Shown piece after piece: positions 27,640 to 36,226 of a stretch of DNA of 64,000 bases. Location: positions 58,286 through 122,285 of IMG/VR virus record IMGVR_UViG_3300032053_000013; one strand, given 5' to 3'. Position 1 is the first letter of the stretch. Every line of letters begins with the position of its first letter. The position numbers and the translations under genes are program-made. This DNA comes from a virus. The notes under the pieces were generated by a model. The model saw only the letters and a list, made by a program, of their open reading frames with translations, searched no databases and was not told the origin of the DNA.

Positions 27640-28133
27640 GGCGGATCGCGTTCAGGATCGAGGGGGAGGACCTGGTGAGGTTCATGGCGGGGGAGGCCGT
27701 CGAGGCCAGGGGCGTCGACAGCGTGGGGGCCCGGTGGTCCCTGTCCCTGCGGAGCGCCCCGGCCGAGCCGGGGGAGGCGCCGAGGGTCGTGGACGTCGCG
27801 GTCGAGGAGGCCCCGACCTGGGCCGTCCTCATCGGGGGCCACGTGATCGGGCACGAGACGCACGAGGAGCCCGGGGAGGCCGTCCGGGAGGCGTTCTCCG
27901 CGGCCGGGCTGTCCTCGCTGCCGGAGGCCGTAGAGGTCGTGGCCAGGCGGGACGACACCGGCGAGTCGTGGGTGGTCTTCACCCTGGACGGCGAGGCCTA
28001 CTGCGTCCCGTTCGCCGAGTTCGCCGCCGACGTCCTCAAGTCCGACCGGTGGACGGGGGCGCAGAGGACGAAGCGGACCGAGATCGACGCGCTCATGGCC
28101 GAGATCAGGTCCCTGGCGGGCAAGGCCCGGTAG
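27636..28133 (+). CDS. Hypothetical protein
   Basis: AGGAG RBS, ATGA overlap. Confidence 0.65.
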   Translation: MRRIAFRIEGEDLVRFMAGEAVEARGVDSVGARWSLSLRSAPAEPGEAPRVVDVAVEEAPTWAVLIGGHVIGHETHEEPGEAVREAFSAAGLSSLPEAVEVVARRDDTGESWVVFTLDGEAYCVPFAEFAADVLKSDRWTGAQRTKRTEIDALMAEIRSLAGKAR

Positions 28134-28141
28134 GGGGGGAG

Positions 28142-28411
28142 ATGCCCCTCGGGTGGGTCCCGGTCCGCGGGGAGAGGGTGCGCTACCGGTCCAGGCCGGT
28201 GGTGGTCCTGTCGGTGCGCGTCTACTCGCCGACGAGCGGGAGGGACGCGGCCTGGGCCGAGGTGAGGGAGTCCCCGGACAAGCCGCCGAGGCGGCGGGCC
28301 CGCAGGCGCACCCGCGAGGAGCGGGTGGCCGACGTCATCATGGGGAGGGAGAAGGATGCCCCCGCTGCCCATTCCCGACTCGTCCCTATTCTTCATCTGT
28401 CGCCACTGTGA
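28142..28411 (+). CDS. Hypothetical basic protein
   Basis: GGGGAG RBS. Confidence 0.5.
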   Translation: MPLGWVPVRGERVRYRSRPVVVLSVRVYSPTSGRDAAWAEVRESPDKPPRRRARRRTREERVADVIMGREKDAPAAHSRLVPILHLSPL

Positions 28412-28742
28412 GGCCATGGCGGCGGCGTGGGACGGGGGGCGGAAGACGTGCGGCGCCGACTGCGGCGGCCCGCTGAAGGGCAGGATGTACCCGCGCTACC
28501 GCGGCCCGCTCACGCCGGGCGTCGTCGCCACCAGGTGCTTCGTCTGCGGAGAGGGGGCGGCGGACCACGTCTCCGACGAGAGGATGTCGAGGATCCTCGG
28601 GGTCTGCGGGAAGCATTCCCACTGCGTCAGGCGGACCGACATGTCCAAGGTCAGGCCGGAGGACCGGGGGATAGTGACCACGAGGAAGGTCGAGGTCCCG
28701 CCGGAGGAGCTGTTCGGGCTGCCAGAGAAGGAGCGCGGATGA
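28356..28742 (+). CDS. Cys-rich putative zinc-binding protein
   Basis: CRHC, CGADC, CFVC, CGKH..C. Confidence 0.65.
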   Translation: MPPLPIPDSSLFFICRHCEAMAAAWDGGRKTCGADCGGPLKGRMYPRYRGPLTPGVVATRCFVCGEGAADHVSDERMSRILGVCGKHSHCVRRTDMSKVRPEDRGIVTTRKVEVPPEELFGLPEKERG

Positions 28743-29074
28743 CACTCTCGAAGAGGATGGAGGAGGGGTTCTGGGCCACCATCGGGCTCGCCCTCCCCCC
28801 TGAAGTCAAAGTGATGGTCTCCAAGGAGGAGAGATTGCCTGGCCTGTTCCTGGACGTGATGGGCCACACCGCCCAAGTGGTTCCCCCCGACGAGCCCTGT
28901 CACCTCATCTTCGTGGACCTGCAACCGGAGGCGAACTGGGCGCATGAATGCCTCTACGTCTACGTCGTTTCGGACGGGAGCCTGTTCGCGGTGAAGCACG
29001 ATTGGCCGCCGAACGAGAAACATGAGATGACCCCGATGGAGCGTCCCCGGGAAGGAGCCCCGTCGATTTCGTAA
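28739..29074 (+). CDS. Hypothetical protein
   Basis: AAGGAG RBS; FVDLQPEANWAHEC motif. Confidence 0.65.
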   Translation: MTLSKRMEEGFWATIGLALPPEVKVMVSKEERLPGLFLDVMGHTAQVVPPDEPCHLIFVDLQPEANWAHECLYVYVVSDGSLFAVKHDWPPNEKHEMTPMERPREGAPSIS

Positions 29075-29086
29075 TACAGGAGACCC

Positions 29087-29419
29087 ATGGACGCGAAGCA
29101 ACTTAAATCGCTGGAGAAGAGGCTCCTGGAGAAACGGGAGCAACTCTTCAACGACATCGGGCGCATGAAGGCCGATGAGGCGATAAGGATTCCCAGCAAG
29201 AATTCAGAAGAGTTCGACTACGAGGTCGAGATCACGCGGGGCCTGATCGAGACGGAAGAGAGGGAGATCCGCGAGATCGACATGGCCCTGGGGAGGATCG
29301 AGGGCAAAACCTTCGGGATCTGCGAGTCCTGCGGGAAGGAGATCAAACCCTCCCGGCTCAAGGCACTTCCGAACGCCCGGCAGTGCCTTCCTTGCAAGAT
29401 AAAAGAGGAGGAGGCGTGA
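29087..29419 (+). CDS. dksA: DksA/TraR C4-type zinc-finger protein
   Basis: Coiled coil plus EIDMALGRIEGKTFGICESCG..I..RLKALPNARQCLPC. Confidence 0.88.
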   Translation: MDAKQLKSLEKRLLEKREQLFNDIGRMKADEAIRIPSKNSEEFDYEVEITRGLIETEEREIREIDMALGRIEGKTFGICESCGKEIKPSRLKALPNARQCLPCKIKEEEA

Positions 29420-29997
29420 AGATCGGGGATGTAGTCATCCTGAAGGGGAAGGTGGTAGAGAAGGAATGTGGCTCCATCTCATCGAAGGGGGATCACCTCA
29501 CCCTCATCGAGGGGAAGGCCGACATCGGAGGATGCGTACTGGCGAAGGACTGGCGGGGGGAGGTTCACTGCATCAATCCGGACCTTTTCGAGGTGGTATG
29601 GACCCGCGAGGAGGAAGTCGCCAGGAAGATGATGGATCCGGAGCCCGTGCAGTTCAAGCCGGTGAGCCTCCCGGAGATCGAGCAACGGCTCCTACAGTCC
29701 ATGGCCCAGATGGTGTCTGTCAATCTCGACAAGGAGATCACCGCCGACTGGAAGTGGGTGGAGGGAAAGATGAACGCGAGCAGGCATGAGCCGCCGCCGA
29801 GGCCGGGGGAGAAGAGGGTCCTCGACCTCGTCCTCGCCGACCTCAGGGCGCGGGCGGAGGCGGGGAAGATCAAGTACGGGACGTACCTCATGACGCGGAA
29901 CGGGAGGGACGCCCTGATGGACGCGTACCAGGAGGCGCTGGACCTTGTCATGTACCTCCGCCAGGAGCTCGAGGAGAAGGAGGAGAGGCGTGGGTGA
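29416..29997 (+). CDS. Protein with C-terminal all-alpha NTP pyrophosphohydrolase-like domain
   Basis: GKIKYGTYL..NGRDALMDAYQEALDLVMYL. Confidence 0.6.
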   Translation: MKIGDVVILKGKVVEKECGSISSKGDHLTLIEGKADIGGCVLAKDWRGEVHCINPDLFEVVWTREEEVARKMMDPEPVQFKPVSLPEIEQRLLQSMAQMVSVNLDKEITADWKWVEGKMNASRHEPPPRPGEKRVLDLVLADLRARAEAGKIKYGTYLMTRNGRDALMDAYQEALDLVMYLRQELEEKEERRG

Positions 29998-30229
29998 GAA
30001 GAAGGTCTGCCCGAGGTGCGGGAAGGAGTTTGTCGAGGGGCGCGAGGAGTACATGGACCCGACGAAGCACGGGTGGCCGGTGCCGACGGGCCAGAAGAGC
30101 GCGGACGGCTTCGACGTCTGGAGGGTCCTCCTCTGCGCCGACGCGACGCCGGAGCAGGTCGCGGAGTACAGGGCCGTCAAGACGGACCAGTCCCTGGGGA
30201 TCAGGTCCGTGGGATTCGGGAAGAACTGA
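29990..30229 (+). CDS. Small hypothetical protein
   Basis: CPRCG, GC3-rich frame. Confidence 0.6.
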   Translation: MGEKKVCPRCGKEFVEGREEYMDPTKHGWPVPTGQKSADGFDVWRVLLCADATPEQVAEYRAVKTDQSLGIRSVGFGKN

Positions 30230-30441
30230 TGGTGGAAATGATCAGAAGGCGGACAACCATCGACCTCGCCATCTACACGTTCCAGGAGACGGAGGGGTCG
30301 TTCTGCCCCTGCGGGGGGAAGGCGCACCTCCTGGCGCCGAGGGAGCCGGACCGCGACGCGCCCATCTTCTACCTCTGCGCGAAGTGCGGACGGATCGCCC
30401 AGGCGGGCGTCGGAGAGGTGTCGCCTCAGGAGGATCGATGA
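30229..30441 (+). CDS. Small zinc-finger protein
   Basis: CPCGG..CAKCG; TGATG coupling. Confidence 0.6.
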   Translation: MVEMIRRRTTIDLAIYTFQETEGSFCPCGGKAHLLAPREPDRDAPIFYLCAKCGRIAQAGVGEVSPQEDR

Positions 30442-32609
30442 TGGAGACGGAGTACGTCAGGTCGCTGCGGGTGGACTGGAAGGCGGAGCCGCCGGTCGGA
30501 TCCCCGACGGTCGTGAGCACCTTCGCCGGGTGCGGGGGGAGCTCGCTCGGGTACCGGATGGCCGGGTTCCGGGAGCTGCTCGCCGTCGACTTCGAGGAGA
30601 ACGCCGTGGCGACGTTCGCCAGGAACTTCCCGGGGGTCCCGGTCTGGCAGCGGGACATCACGAAGGTCACGGCGGAGGAGGTCCTGTCCTTCTGCAAGAT
30701 CGGGAAGGGGGACCTGGACGTGTTCGACGGCAGCCCGCCGTGCTTCCCGGCCGGGACGGATGTGTGGACGGCGCGTGGGAAGGTGCCGATAGAAGGGGTT
30801 GAGATAGGGGATCTTGTGCTTACGCATAGGGGTCGGTACAGGAGGGTGGTCGGGAGGACGAAGAGGATAGCGGGAGGGCTGAGAAGGCTGGTAATCAAGT
30901 ATGGTCGGGAGGATATTGTTTGCACCGAGGGGCACCCTTTGTATGTGAGGAGGAGGGCGGGTCCGAGAGTGAGGAGTTACTCCGCGCCCGAGTGGGCCGC
31001 GGCGAAGGAGATTAGGCCGGGCGATGTTGTTCTGGAGCCGCATGTCGCGGAGGTCCCCGATCTGGTCGTGCCGGATGTGGTAACAAGGCAGAGGATCAAC
31101 GTGGAGGGGCAGAGCGGGTCCGACCGGAGCGAGATGCGGCTGCTGTCGAGGCCGTGTTCCTTGGATTGGAAATCCTCTGAGTTTGCATGGGTTCTGGGGT
31201 TCTACGTGGCCGAGGGGCATCGCCGGGGCCGAGAGCCGACGTTTGTTGATGGGGGGCCATATCGGCGCGAGGTGGTGTTCTCGGTTGCGGATAAGGAAGC
31301 GGCTCCGCTTTCCGTGAGGCTGTCGGGGATGGGCCTCCATGCCTGCGTCCAGAGGCACAGCCAGGGATCGTCGAGGGTGTCGGTGAGCGACCTGGACCTG
31401 TGGTCTCTTGTGGGGGTTGTGGGGGAGGGCGCGGGGGGCAAGAGGATACCGGCGGCGTTCCATGCCCAGCCGGAGGAGTGGCAGAAGGCTTTCCTGGACG
31501 GGTACTTCGAGGGGGATGGGTGCCTGAAAAGGAACGGGAAGGCAGGGGTCGTCAGGAAGGCGACCACGGTGTCGAGGGACCTCGCGGAGGGCGTGGCCAG
31601 GATGGTCGCCAGGGCGTTCGGAGTGGTGGCGTCGATTGATGTTCTTTATCCCGCGGGTGTAGGTAGCATCCAAGGCAGAAGTGTGATGGTAAGGGAGGCG
31701 TATTCGGTCGGCTATAGCCTTCCGGGATCGAGGAAGCCGAGGCCAGGGTTTGTCGATGAGGCTGGGGCGTGGCTGCCCGTCGTGAGTAATGAGGAAGAGG
31801 ATCGGGCTGCGGAGGACGTCTACAACCTGGAGGTGGAGGAGGACGAGTCGTACGTGGCTGGAGGACTGGCGGTCCATAACTGCCAGGGCTTCTCGATGAG
31901 CGGGTCGAGGAAGGTGAGCGACCCGAGGAACAGCCTGTTCATGGAGTTCGCGCGGCTCATCGAGGGGCTGGGGCCGAGGGTCTTCCTCATGGAGAACGTG
32001 GCCGGGCAGGTGCGCGGCAAGATGCGGGGGGCCTTCATCGAGATCATGAGGGTGCTGAAGGGGACGGGGTACGCGGTGAAGTGCGCGCTGCTCAACGCGG
32101 CGCACTACGGGGTTCCGCAGCACAGGGAGAGGATGATCTACATCGGGGTGAGGCCCGACGTCGGGGCGGAGCCGTCGTTCCCCAGGCCGTCGGCGAGGGT
32201 GGTGACGTGCGGCGAGGCCATCGGGGACCTGGAGGGGTTCGACGACGGGGTGAAGATGCCGGGGTTCTCGAAGAGCCCGAGGGCGAGCAGGATGCTTAGC
32301 CAGATCCGGGAGGGGCAGCATGGGCTGGACGCCGACGCCAAGGGCGGGTACTTCAACACCGCGAGGATCGACAGGCTGAGGGTCGCTCCCACCATCCTCA
32401 AGACGAGCAGCCCCGCGTCGGGCCTGGTCCACTACGACGGGAGCAGGTGGCTCACCATCGCGGAGGCGAAGAGGATCGCGTCCTTCCCCGACGACTTCGA
32501 GCTCATCGGGAGCTACCAGCACAGGTGGGCGAGGATCGGGAACGCGGTCATGCCCATGTTCATGCGGGCGCTGGCGTCCCACGTCAGGAAGGAGATCCTG
32601 GGGAGATGA
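30438..32609 (+). CDS. DNA (cytosine-5) methyltransferase containing an intein
   Basis: Motif I FAGCGG, IV GSPP/CQGFS split by intein, VI ENV, VIII QHRER, X RIGNAV. Confidence 0.93.
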   Translation: MMETEYVRSLRVDWKAEPPVGSPTVVSTFAGCGGSSLGYRMAGFRELLAVDFEENAVATFARNFPGVPVWQRDITKVTAEEVLSFCKIGKGDLDVFDGSPPCFPAGTDVWTARGKVPIEGVEIGDLVLTHRGRYRRVVGRTKRIAGGLRRLVIKYGREDIVCTEGHPLYVRRRAGPRVRSYSAPEWAAAKEIRPGDVVLEPHVAEVPDLVVPDVVTRQRINVEGQSGSDRSEMRLLSRPCSLDWKSSEFAWVLGFYVAEGHRRGREPTFVDGGPYRREVVFSVADKEAAPLSVRLSGMGLHACVQRHSQGSSRVSVSDLDLWSLVGVVGEGAGGKRIPAAFHAQPEEWQKAFLDGYFEGDGCLKRNGKAGVVRKATTVSRDLAEGVARMVARAFGVVASIDVLYPAGVGSIQGRSVMVREAYSVGYSLPGSRKPRPGFVDEAGAWLPVVSNEEEDRAAEDVYNLEVEEDESYVAGGLAVHNCQGFSMSGSRKVSDPRNSLFMEFARLIEGLGPRVFLMENVAGQVRGKMRGAFIEIMRVLKGTGYAVKCALLNAAHYGVPQHRERMIYIGVRPDVGAEPSFPRPSARVVTCGEAIGDLEGFDDGVKMPGFSKSPRASRMLSQIREGQHGLDADAKGGYFNTARIDRLRVAPTILKTSSPASGLVHYDGSRWLTIAEAKRIASFPDDFELIGSYQHRWARIGNAVMPMFMRALASHVRKEILGR
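30741..31880 (+). mobile_element. Intein (380 aa) with LAGLIDADG homing endonuclease
   Basis: N-end CFPAGTDV, C-end VYNLEVE..ESYVAGGLAVHN followed by Cys; VLGFYVAEG and FLDGYFEGDG blocks; distinct composition. Confidence 0.93.
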
Positions 32610-33091
32610 GCAAGGCGAAGCTGGAGGTCGTCTACGTCGACGCGTCGGCCCTGAGGCCGAACGGGTGGAACCCGAACGAGATGGACGCCGGGATGCTCGA
32701 CAGGCTCATGCGCGAGGTCGAGCGGGTCGGGTTCGTCCAGCCCGTGGCGGCGATGAGGGACGGCACGATCATCGACGGGGAGCATCGCTGGGTGCTCGCC
32801 AGGGACAAGGGGTGGAAGGTGCCCGTCGTGTACCTGGACGTCGACGAGAGGACGGCGAAGACCCTCTGCGTGAACATGAACGCGATCCGCGGGGAGAACG
32901 ACCCGGCCAGGCTCGTCGCCCTGGTGGAGTCGCTCGGGATGCCGGGGAGGGAGATGGAGAGGGTCCTCGGGATCACGTCGGGGGACATGGACGCGCTGCG
33001 GGCCGCCCTGGAGGCGCCCGACATCAGGGAGTTCGACGAGAACATCGAGACGAGGCACGCGTGCCCGAGGTGCGGATATAAATGGTCATGA
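32606..33091 (+). CDS. ParB/Sulfiredoxin N-terminal domain protein
   Basis: LRPNGWNPN..GFVQPV..IIDGEHRW; C-terminal CPRCG. Confidence 0.85.
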   Translation: MSKAKLEVVYVDASALRPNGWNPNEMDAGMLDRLMREVERVGFVQPVAAMRDGTIIDGEHRWVLARDKGWKVPVVYLDVDERTAKTLCVNMNAIRGENDPARLVALVESLGMPGREMERVLGITSGDMDALRAALEAPDIREFDENIETRHACPRCGYKWS

Positions 33092-33693
33092 CGCCTGGCG
33101 GAAAGATCGAGATCGAGGTGGTCCCGATAGGGAGCGTGAGGCCGAACGAGTGGAACCCCAACGTCCTCCCGTCGAGGAGGTACGCCCACCTCCGAAAGGA
33201 GCTGGTCCGCGTCGGGTTCGCGGCGCCGCTCGTGGTGTCGCGGGACGGGACCATCATCAACGGCGAGCACAGGTGGAGGGCGGCCGGGGAGGAGGGGTTC
33301 TCCGAGGTCCCGGTCGTCAGGCTCGACGTCGACGAGGCCACGGCGAAGACGATCTCCCTCAACCTCAACTCGATCCACGGGGAGTTCGACAAGGCCAGGC
33401 TGGCGATGCTCGTGGCCGGGCTGGAGATCGACATCCCGAAGGACGATCTGCTGGAGATCCTCGACTACACGGACAGGGAGATGGCGGCCCTCATGGACCC
33501 TCCCCCGCCGAAGGACAAGGCCGGGGGCGGGGGGGCGGGCGAGGAGTGCGAGTGCCCGAGGTGCGGGCACCGGTTCGTCGAGGGGCAGGACTCGGGCGTG
33601 GACATCGACGGGGGAGGCGGGGATGGACACGGTGGCGCCGGAGGTGCGGTCGAGGATCATGGCCCGAATCAGGGGGAGGGGCACGGGGCCTGA
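33082..33693 (+). CDS. ParB/Sulfiredoxin N-terminal domain protein (paralogue)
   Basis: VRPNEWNPN..GFAAPL..IINGEHRW; CPRCG. Confidence 0.85.
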   Translation: MVMTPGGKIEIEVVPIGSVRPNEWNPNVLPSRRYAHLRKELVRVGFAAPLVVSRDGTIINGEHRWRAAGEEGFSEVPVVRLDVDEATAKTISLNLNSIHGEFDKARLAMLVAGLEIDIPKDDLLEILDYTDREMAALMDPPPPKDKAGGGGAGEECECPRCGHRFVEGQDSGVDIDGGGGDGHGGAGGAVEDHGPNQGEGHGA

Positions 33694-34033
33694 GAGGGCC
33701 CTGGCCGCCGCGCTGGGCGGGTCGGGCCTGGAGTTCACGGCGAACGACGGGTCGCTCCCCGGCAGCCCCGACCTGGCCTTCGCCGGGGCGAGGCTCGCCG
33801 TGTTCGTCAACGGGTGCTTCTGGCACGGGTGCCCGAGGCACTACCGTCTGCCTAAGTCCAACGTCGAGTTCTGGGAGAGGAAGGTCCGGGGGAACCGGAG
33901 GAGGGACGCGAGGGCGAGGCGGGCCCTCAACCGGGCGGGGTGGTCGGTCATGGTCGTGTGGGAGCACGACGTGAGGTCGGACCCGGAGCGGGCGGCCGCG
34001 AGGGTCGCCGGGAGGGCGGCGCGGTGCGCGTGA
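33623..34033 (+). CDS. vsr: Very short patch repair endonuclease
   Basis: MDTV..RSRIMARIR..PE..PDL..AVFVNGCFWHGC..FWERK..N..RD. Confidence 0.92.
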   Translation: MDTVAPEVRSRIMARIRGRGTGPERALAAALGGSGLEFTANDGSLPGSPDLAFAGARLAVFVNGCFWHGCPRHYRLPKSNVEFWERKVRGNRRRDARARRALNRAGWSVMVVWEHDVRSDPERAAARVAGRAARCA

Positions 34034-34377
34034 GGATCGGCAAGGCGCTGGACGCGGAGATCAGGGGGGAGATCGCGAGGGCCGTGGAGGCCGCCGCGCA
34101 GTCCTTCCTGTTCGAGCCGGGGACGGAGGCTCTCTCCGAGGTCGTCAAGGATTCCGCCGTCGAGGAGGCGGCCGGGGTCGTCGAGGAGTACGGCGTCAGG
34201 ATCCCGTGGCAGCCGGAGTGTAGGAGGTCGGACGCGAGGAGGCTGGTGGCGGACCGGATCTCCGTGAGCTGCGAGGATGGCGCGGTGCAAATCGACATCC
34301 GGGTCTCGCTGGAGGGGCTGACCTGCGACATCTCGGAGGAGAGGTTCGTGGCGCTCAGGATGCTGCCCGAGGGGTAG
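34030..34377 (+). CDS. Hypothetical protein
   Basis: GTGA overlap with vsr, GC3-rich. Confidence 0.6.
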   Translation: MRIGKALDAEIRGEIARAVEAAAQSFLFEPGTEALSEVVKDSAVEEAAGVVEEYGVRIPWQPECRRSDARRLVADRISVSCEDGAVQIDIRVSLEGLTCDISEERFVALRMLPEG

Positions 34378-34391
34378 GACGGAGGGAAACA

Positions 34392-34469
34392 CACAATGAA
34401 TTGTGGTCTGAGGGTGGAAATGGCCGACAGACGGTAGTCCTTGTAAATACTTGTAAATAATGGATTTAC
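34392..34469. promoter_or_regulatory. AT-rich operator-like region
   Basis: CACAAT-GA-ATTGTG palindrome 34392-34405; TTGTAAATA direct repeats at 34441 and 34451; GTAAAT..ATTTAC inverted pair. Confidence 0.5.
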
Positions 34470-34482
34470 GACATTTTAGCCG

Positions 34483-34510
34483 TTGACCCGAATGGCGGGC
34501 GGCGTATAAT
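34483..34510 (+). promoter_or_regulatory. Phage consensus promoter TTGACC-N16-TATAAT
   Basis: Member of 10-copy family. Confidence 0.8.
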
Positions 34511-34516
34511 TATCGT

Positions 34517-34814
34517 GTTCACCTATTGCCCCGATGGGGCCGACGCCCCATAATATAGATGTCATGGCCGCTGGCAACGGCCCAGAGCAGGGGGAAAGGA
34601 ACAGGGAAGTGGGGACGAGGAAGACCAGCACCGAAAAACCGGTGTCGGATTGCCACCCGATTCCGGGGGGGCGAAGCGGGGAACTTCCCCACTACCCGCC
34701 CTGCGTAGCCCCCGAAACAAACAACCAGGCCGCGACTCGAAAGAGGGCGCGGCCTGTTCTATCTGCTGGAAGTGCCAAGAAGAGCCGTCGGCGCATGGGC
34801 GTCGGCGGCTTTTT
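34517..34814 (+). ncRNA. Putative ~300-nt structured leader RNA/sRNA upstream of initiator
   Basis: Promoter and terminator bracket a series of hairpins including a GAAA-capped stem. Confidence 0.5.
34783..34814 (+). terminator. Intrinsic terminator/attenuator
   Basis: AGCCGTCGGCGC-ATGG-GCGTCGGCGGCT then TTTT. Confidence 0.75.
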
Positions 34815-34924
34815 CGTTTCTCCGCCCCAACCGAGTGACGGGGAGGGGATGGAGCGTGACGGCGTGGGGGAATTGCCGGTCCGTTTCCCTGGAGCGAGTC
34901 AGGGGGACGGGGAGGGACTTTTCT

Positions 34925-36226
34925 ATGGCGCCGAGGTGTGACGTTGGCGAGAACAACCTCGCCATGAAGCGACGGCTCCTGGAGATGGGGTGGGACCAGA
35001 TCCCGCGGTTCCTGATGCGGATGAGGGAGATCGGGCCGTCGGACAAGCTGGTCTTCGCCTTCATCCTGAACCGGATCCGAGACTTCGGCAACGGGAGGGC
35101 GTTCCCGTCCATCATGACGATAGCCATGAACAACGCGCTGTCGATCCCGACGGTGAAGAGGAGCACGGCGGCGCTCGTCAAGATCGGGCTCCTGGTCAGG
35201 CACAGGAGGGGGCTCGGCAAGACGAACGAGTACGGGCTGCCGGACGAGATCCCCCCGTGGATCCTGGAGGCGTACGGCGGAGACCTCCGGTCCCAGAGAG
35301 ATCAAAAAGACACCTCTGATAGATCAAAAAGATCTCCCGTGGGGGTCAAATTGAACCGTAGAAAGAGAGTGGTGGAAGTAGAGGGGGATGAAGGAGACCC
35401 TACGGGGGCGGGCTGCCGCCCGCCAGACGGTTCCGGGGCTCAACCGGGAAGGAAGACGGGTGAGTGGAAGGGTGCCAAGGCTGATGCACATGGCGGCGAG
35501 CCCAGGAGCCCCCAGGACGATTCCGGGGGAGGGGGCGCCCTTCCGCCTGCTGAGGAGGGTAAACGCGCCCAGGAGGGCTGGGCAGGGGCCTCCCCGTTCG
35601 TCCTGGACGGACCTCTCCCGGATGGGGGGGGAGGCGGGGTCCCGCCCGCGCATACGGTATGCGCCGGGGGGAGCCGGAAGGTGATGCCGTGGGAGAGGGA
35701 GGAGGATGCGGCGGGAGGGGGGAAGAGGAAGAAGCCGAGGAAGAAGGGGATGTACGACCCGGAAAAGCCGGTCTCGGAGTGGACCGGGAACGACCTGGTC
35801 GGGTACTTCCGGGAGATGTTCAAGCGGGCCTGGCCGGGGGAGGGGGCCCCGGACGTCAGAATCGAGGACCTGGGGGCGGCGAAGCGCCGGATCGTCTGGA
35901 TGAGGGACGAGGGCATGGACATCGGGCTGGCGAAGAGGGCGGTGGACCACCTCTTCGCGAACTGGGGGGACGGGCTCCCCGGCAGGCTCCGGTGGAAGGG
36001 GTCGAGGCCCGGCATCGCCATCGTCGAGAACGCGAGGCTCTTCGAGATGCTGGTCAGGGAGGCCCAGAACGGGGTGGCCACCGGGAAGACGGCGGACGAG
36101 TGGAAGGGGGACAGCGCCGAGGTCGAGAGGTACCAGAGGCGCGAGGAGATAAGGGCGAGGATGATCGATGAGGGTAGCACGCTGGAGCAGGCGGACCGTG
36201 AGTCCCGCCGACTGGCAGGCCTCTAA
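34925..36226 (+). CDS. Replication initiator (N-terminal winged HTH)
   Basis: AFPSIMTIA....SIPTVKRSTAAL..IGLL..R.....N.Y; followed by DnaC-like gene. Confidence 0.8.
   Translation: MAPRCDVGENNLAMKRRLLEMGWDQIPRFLMRMREIGPSDKLVFAFILNRIRDFGNGRAFPSIMTIAMNNALSIPTVKRSTAALVKIGLLVRHRRGLGKTNEYGLPDEIPPWILEAYGGDLRSQRDQKDTSDRSKRSPVGVKLNRRKRVVEVEGDEGDPTGAGCRPPDGSGAQPGRKTGEWKGAKADAHGGEPRSPQDDSGGGGALPPAEEGKRAQEGWAGASPFVLDGPLPDGGGGGVPPAHTVCAGGSRKVMPWEREEDAAGGGKRKKPRKKGMYDPEKPVSEWTGNDLVGYFREMFKRAWPGEGAPDVRIEDLGAAKRRIVWMRDEGMDIGLAKRAVDHLFANWGDGLPGRLRWKGSRPGIAIVENARLFEMLVREAQNGVATGKTADEWKGDSAEVERYQRREEIRARMIDEGSTLEQADRESRRLAGL
35299..35354 (+). repeat. Iteron-like repeats inside initiator gene (22-bp period)
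   Basis: AGATCAAAAAGA at 35299 and 35321; degenerate GGGTCAAATTGA at 35343. Confidence 0.6.
35648..35664. repeat. 17-bp palindrome GCGCATAC-G-GTATGCGC (copy 2)
   Basis: Perfect inverted repeat inside initiator gene. Confidence 0.85.

Noticed and set aside
29994-30437. N-terminal extension of the methyltransferase ORF
   Set aside because: Overlaps two better-supported small genes; AGGAGG RBS and motif I support a start at 30438.
34534-34941. 135-aa ORF as a protein gene
   Set aside because: No RBS, atypical codon use, and it crosses an intrinsic terminator; better explained as structured RNA.
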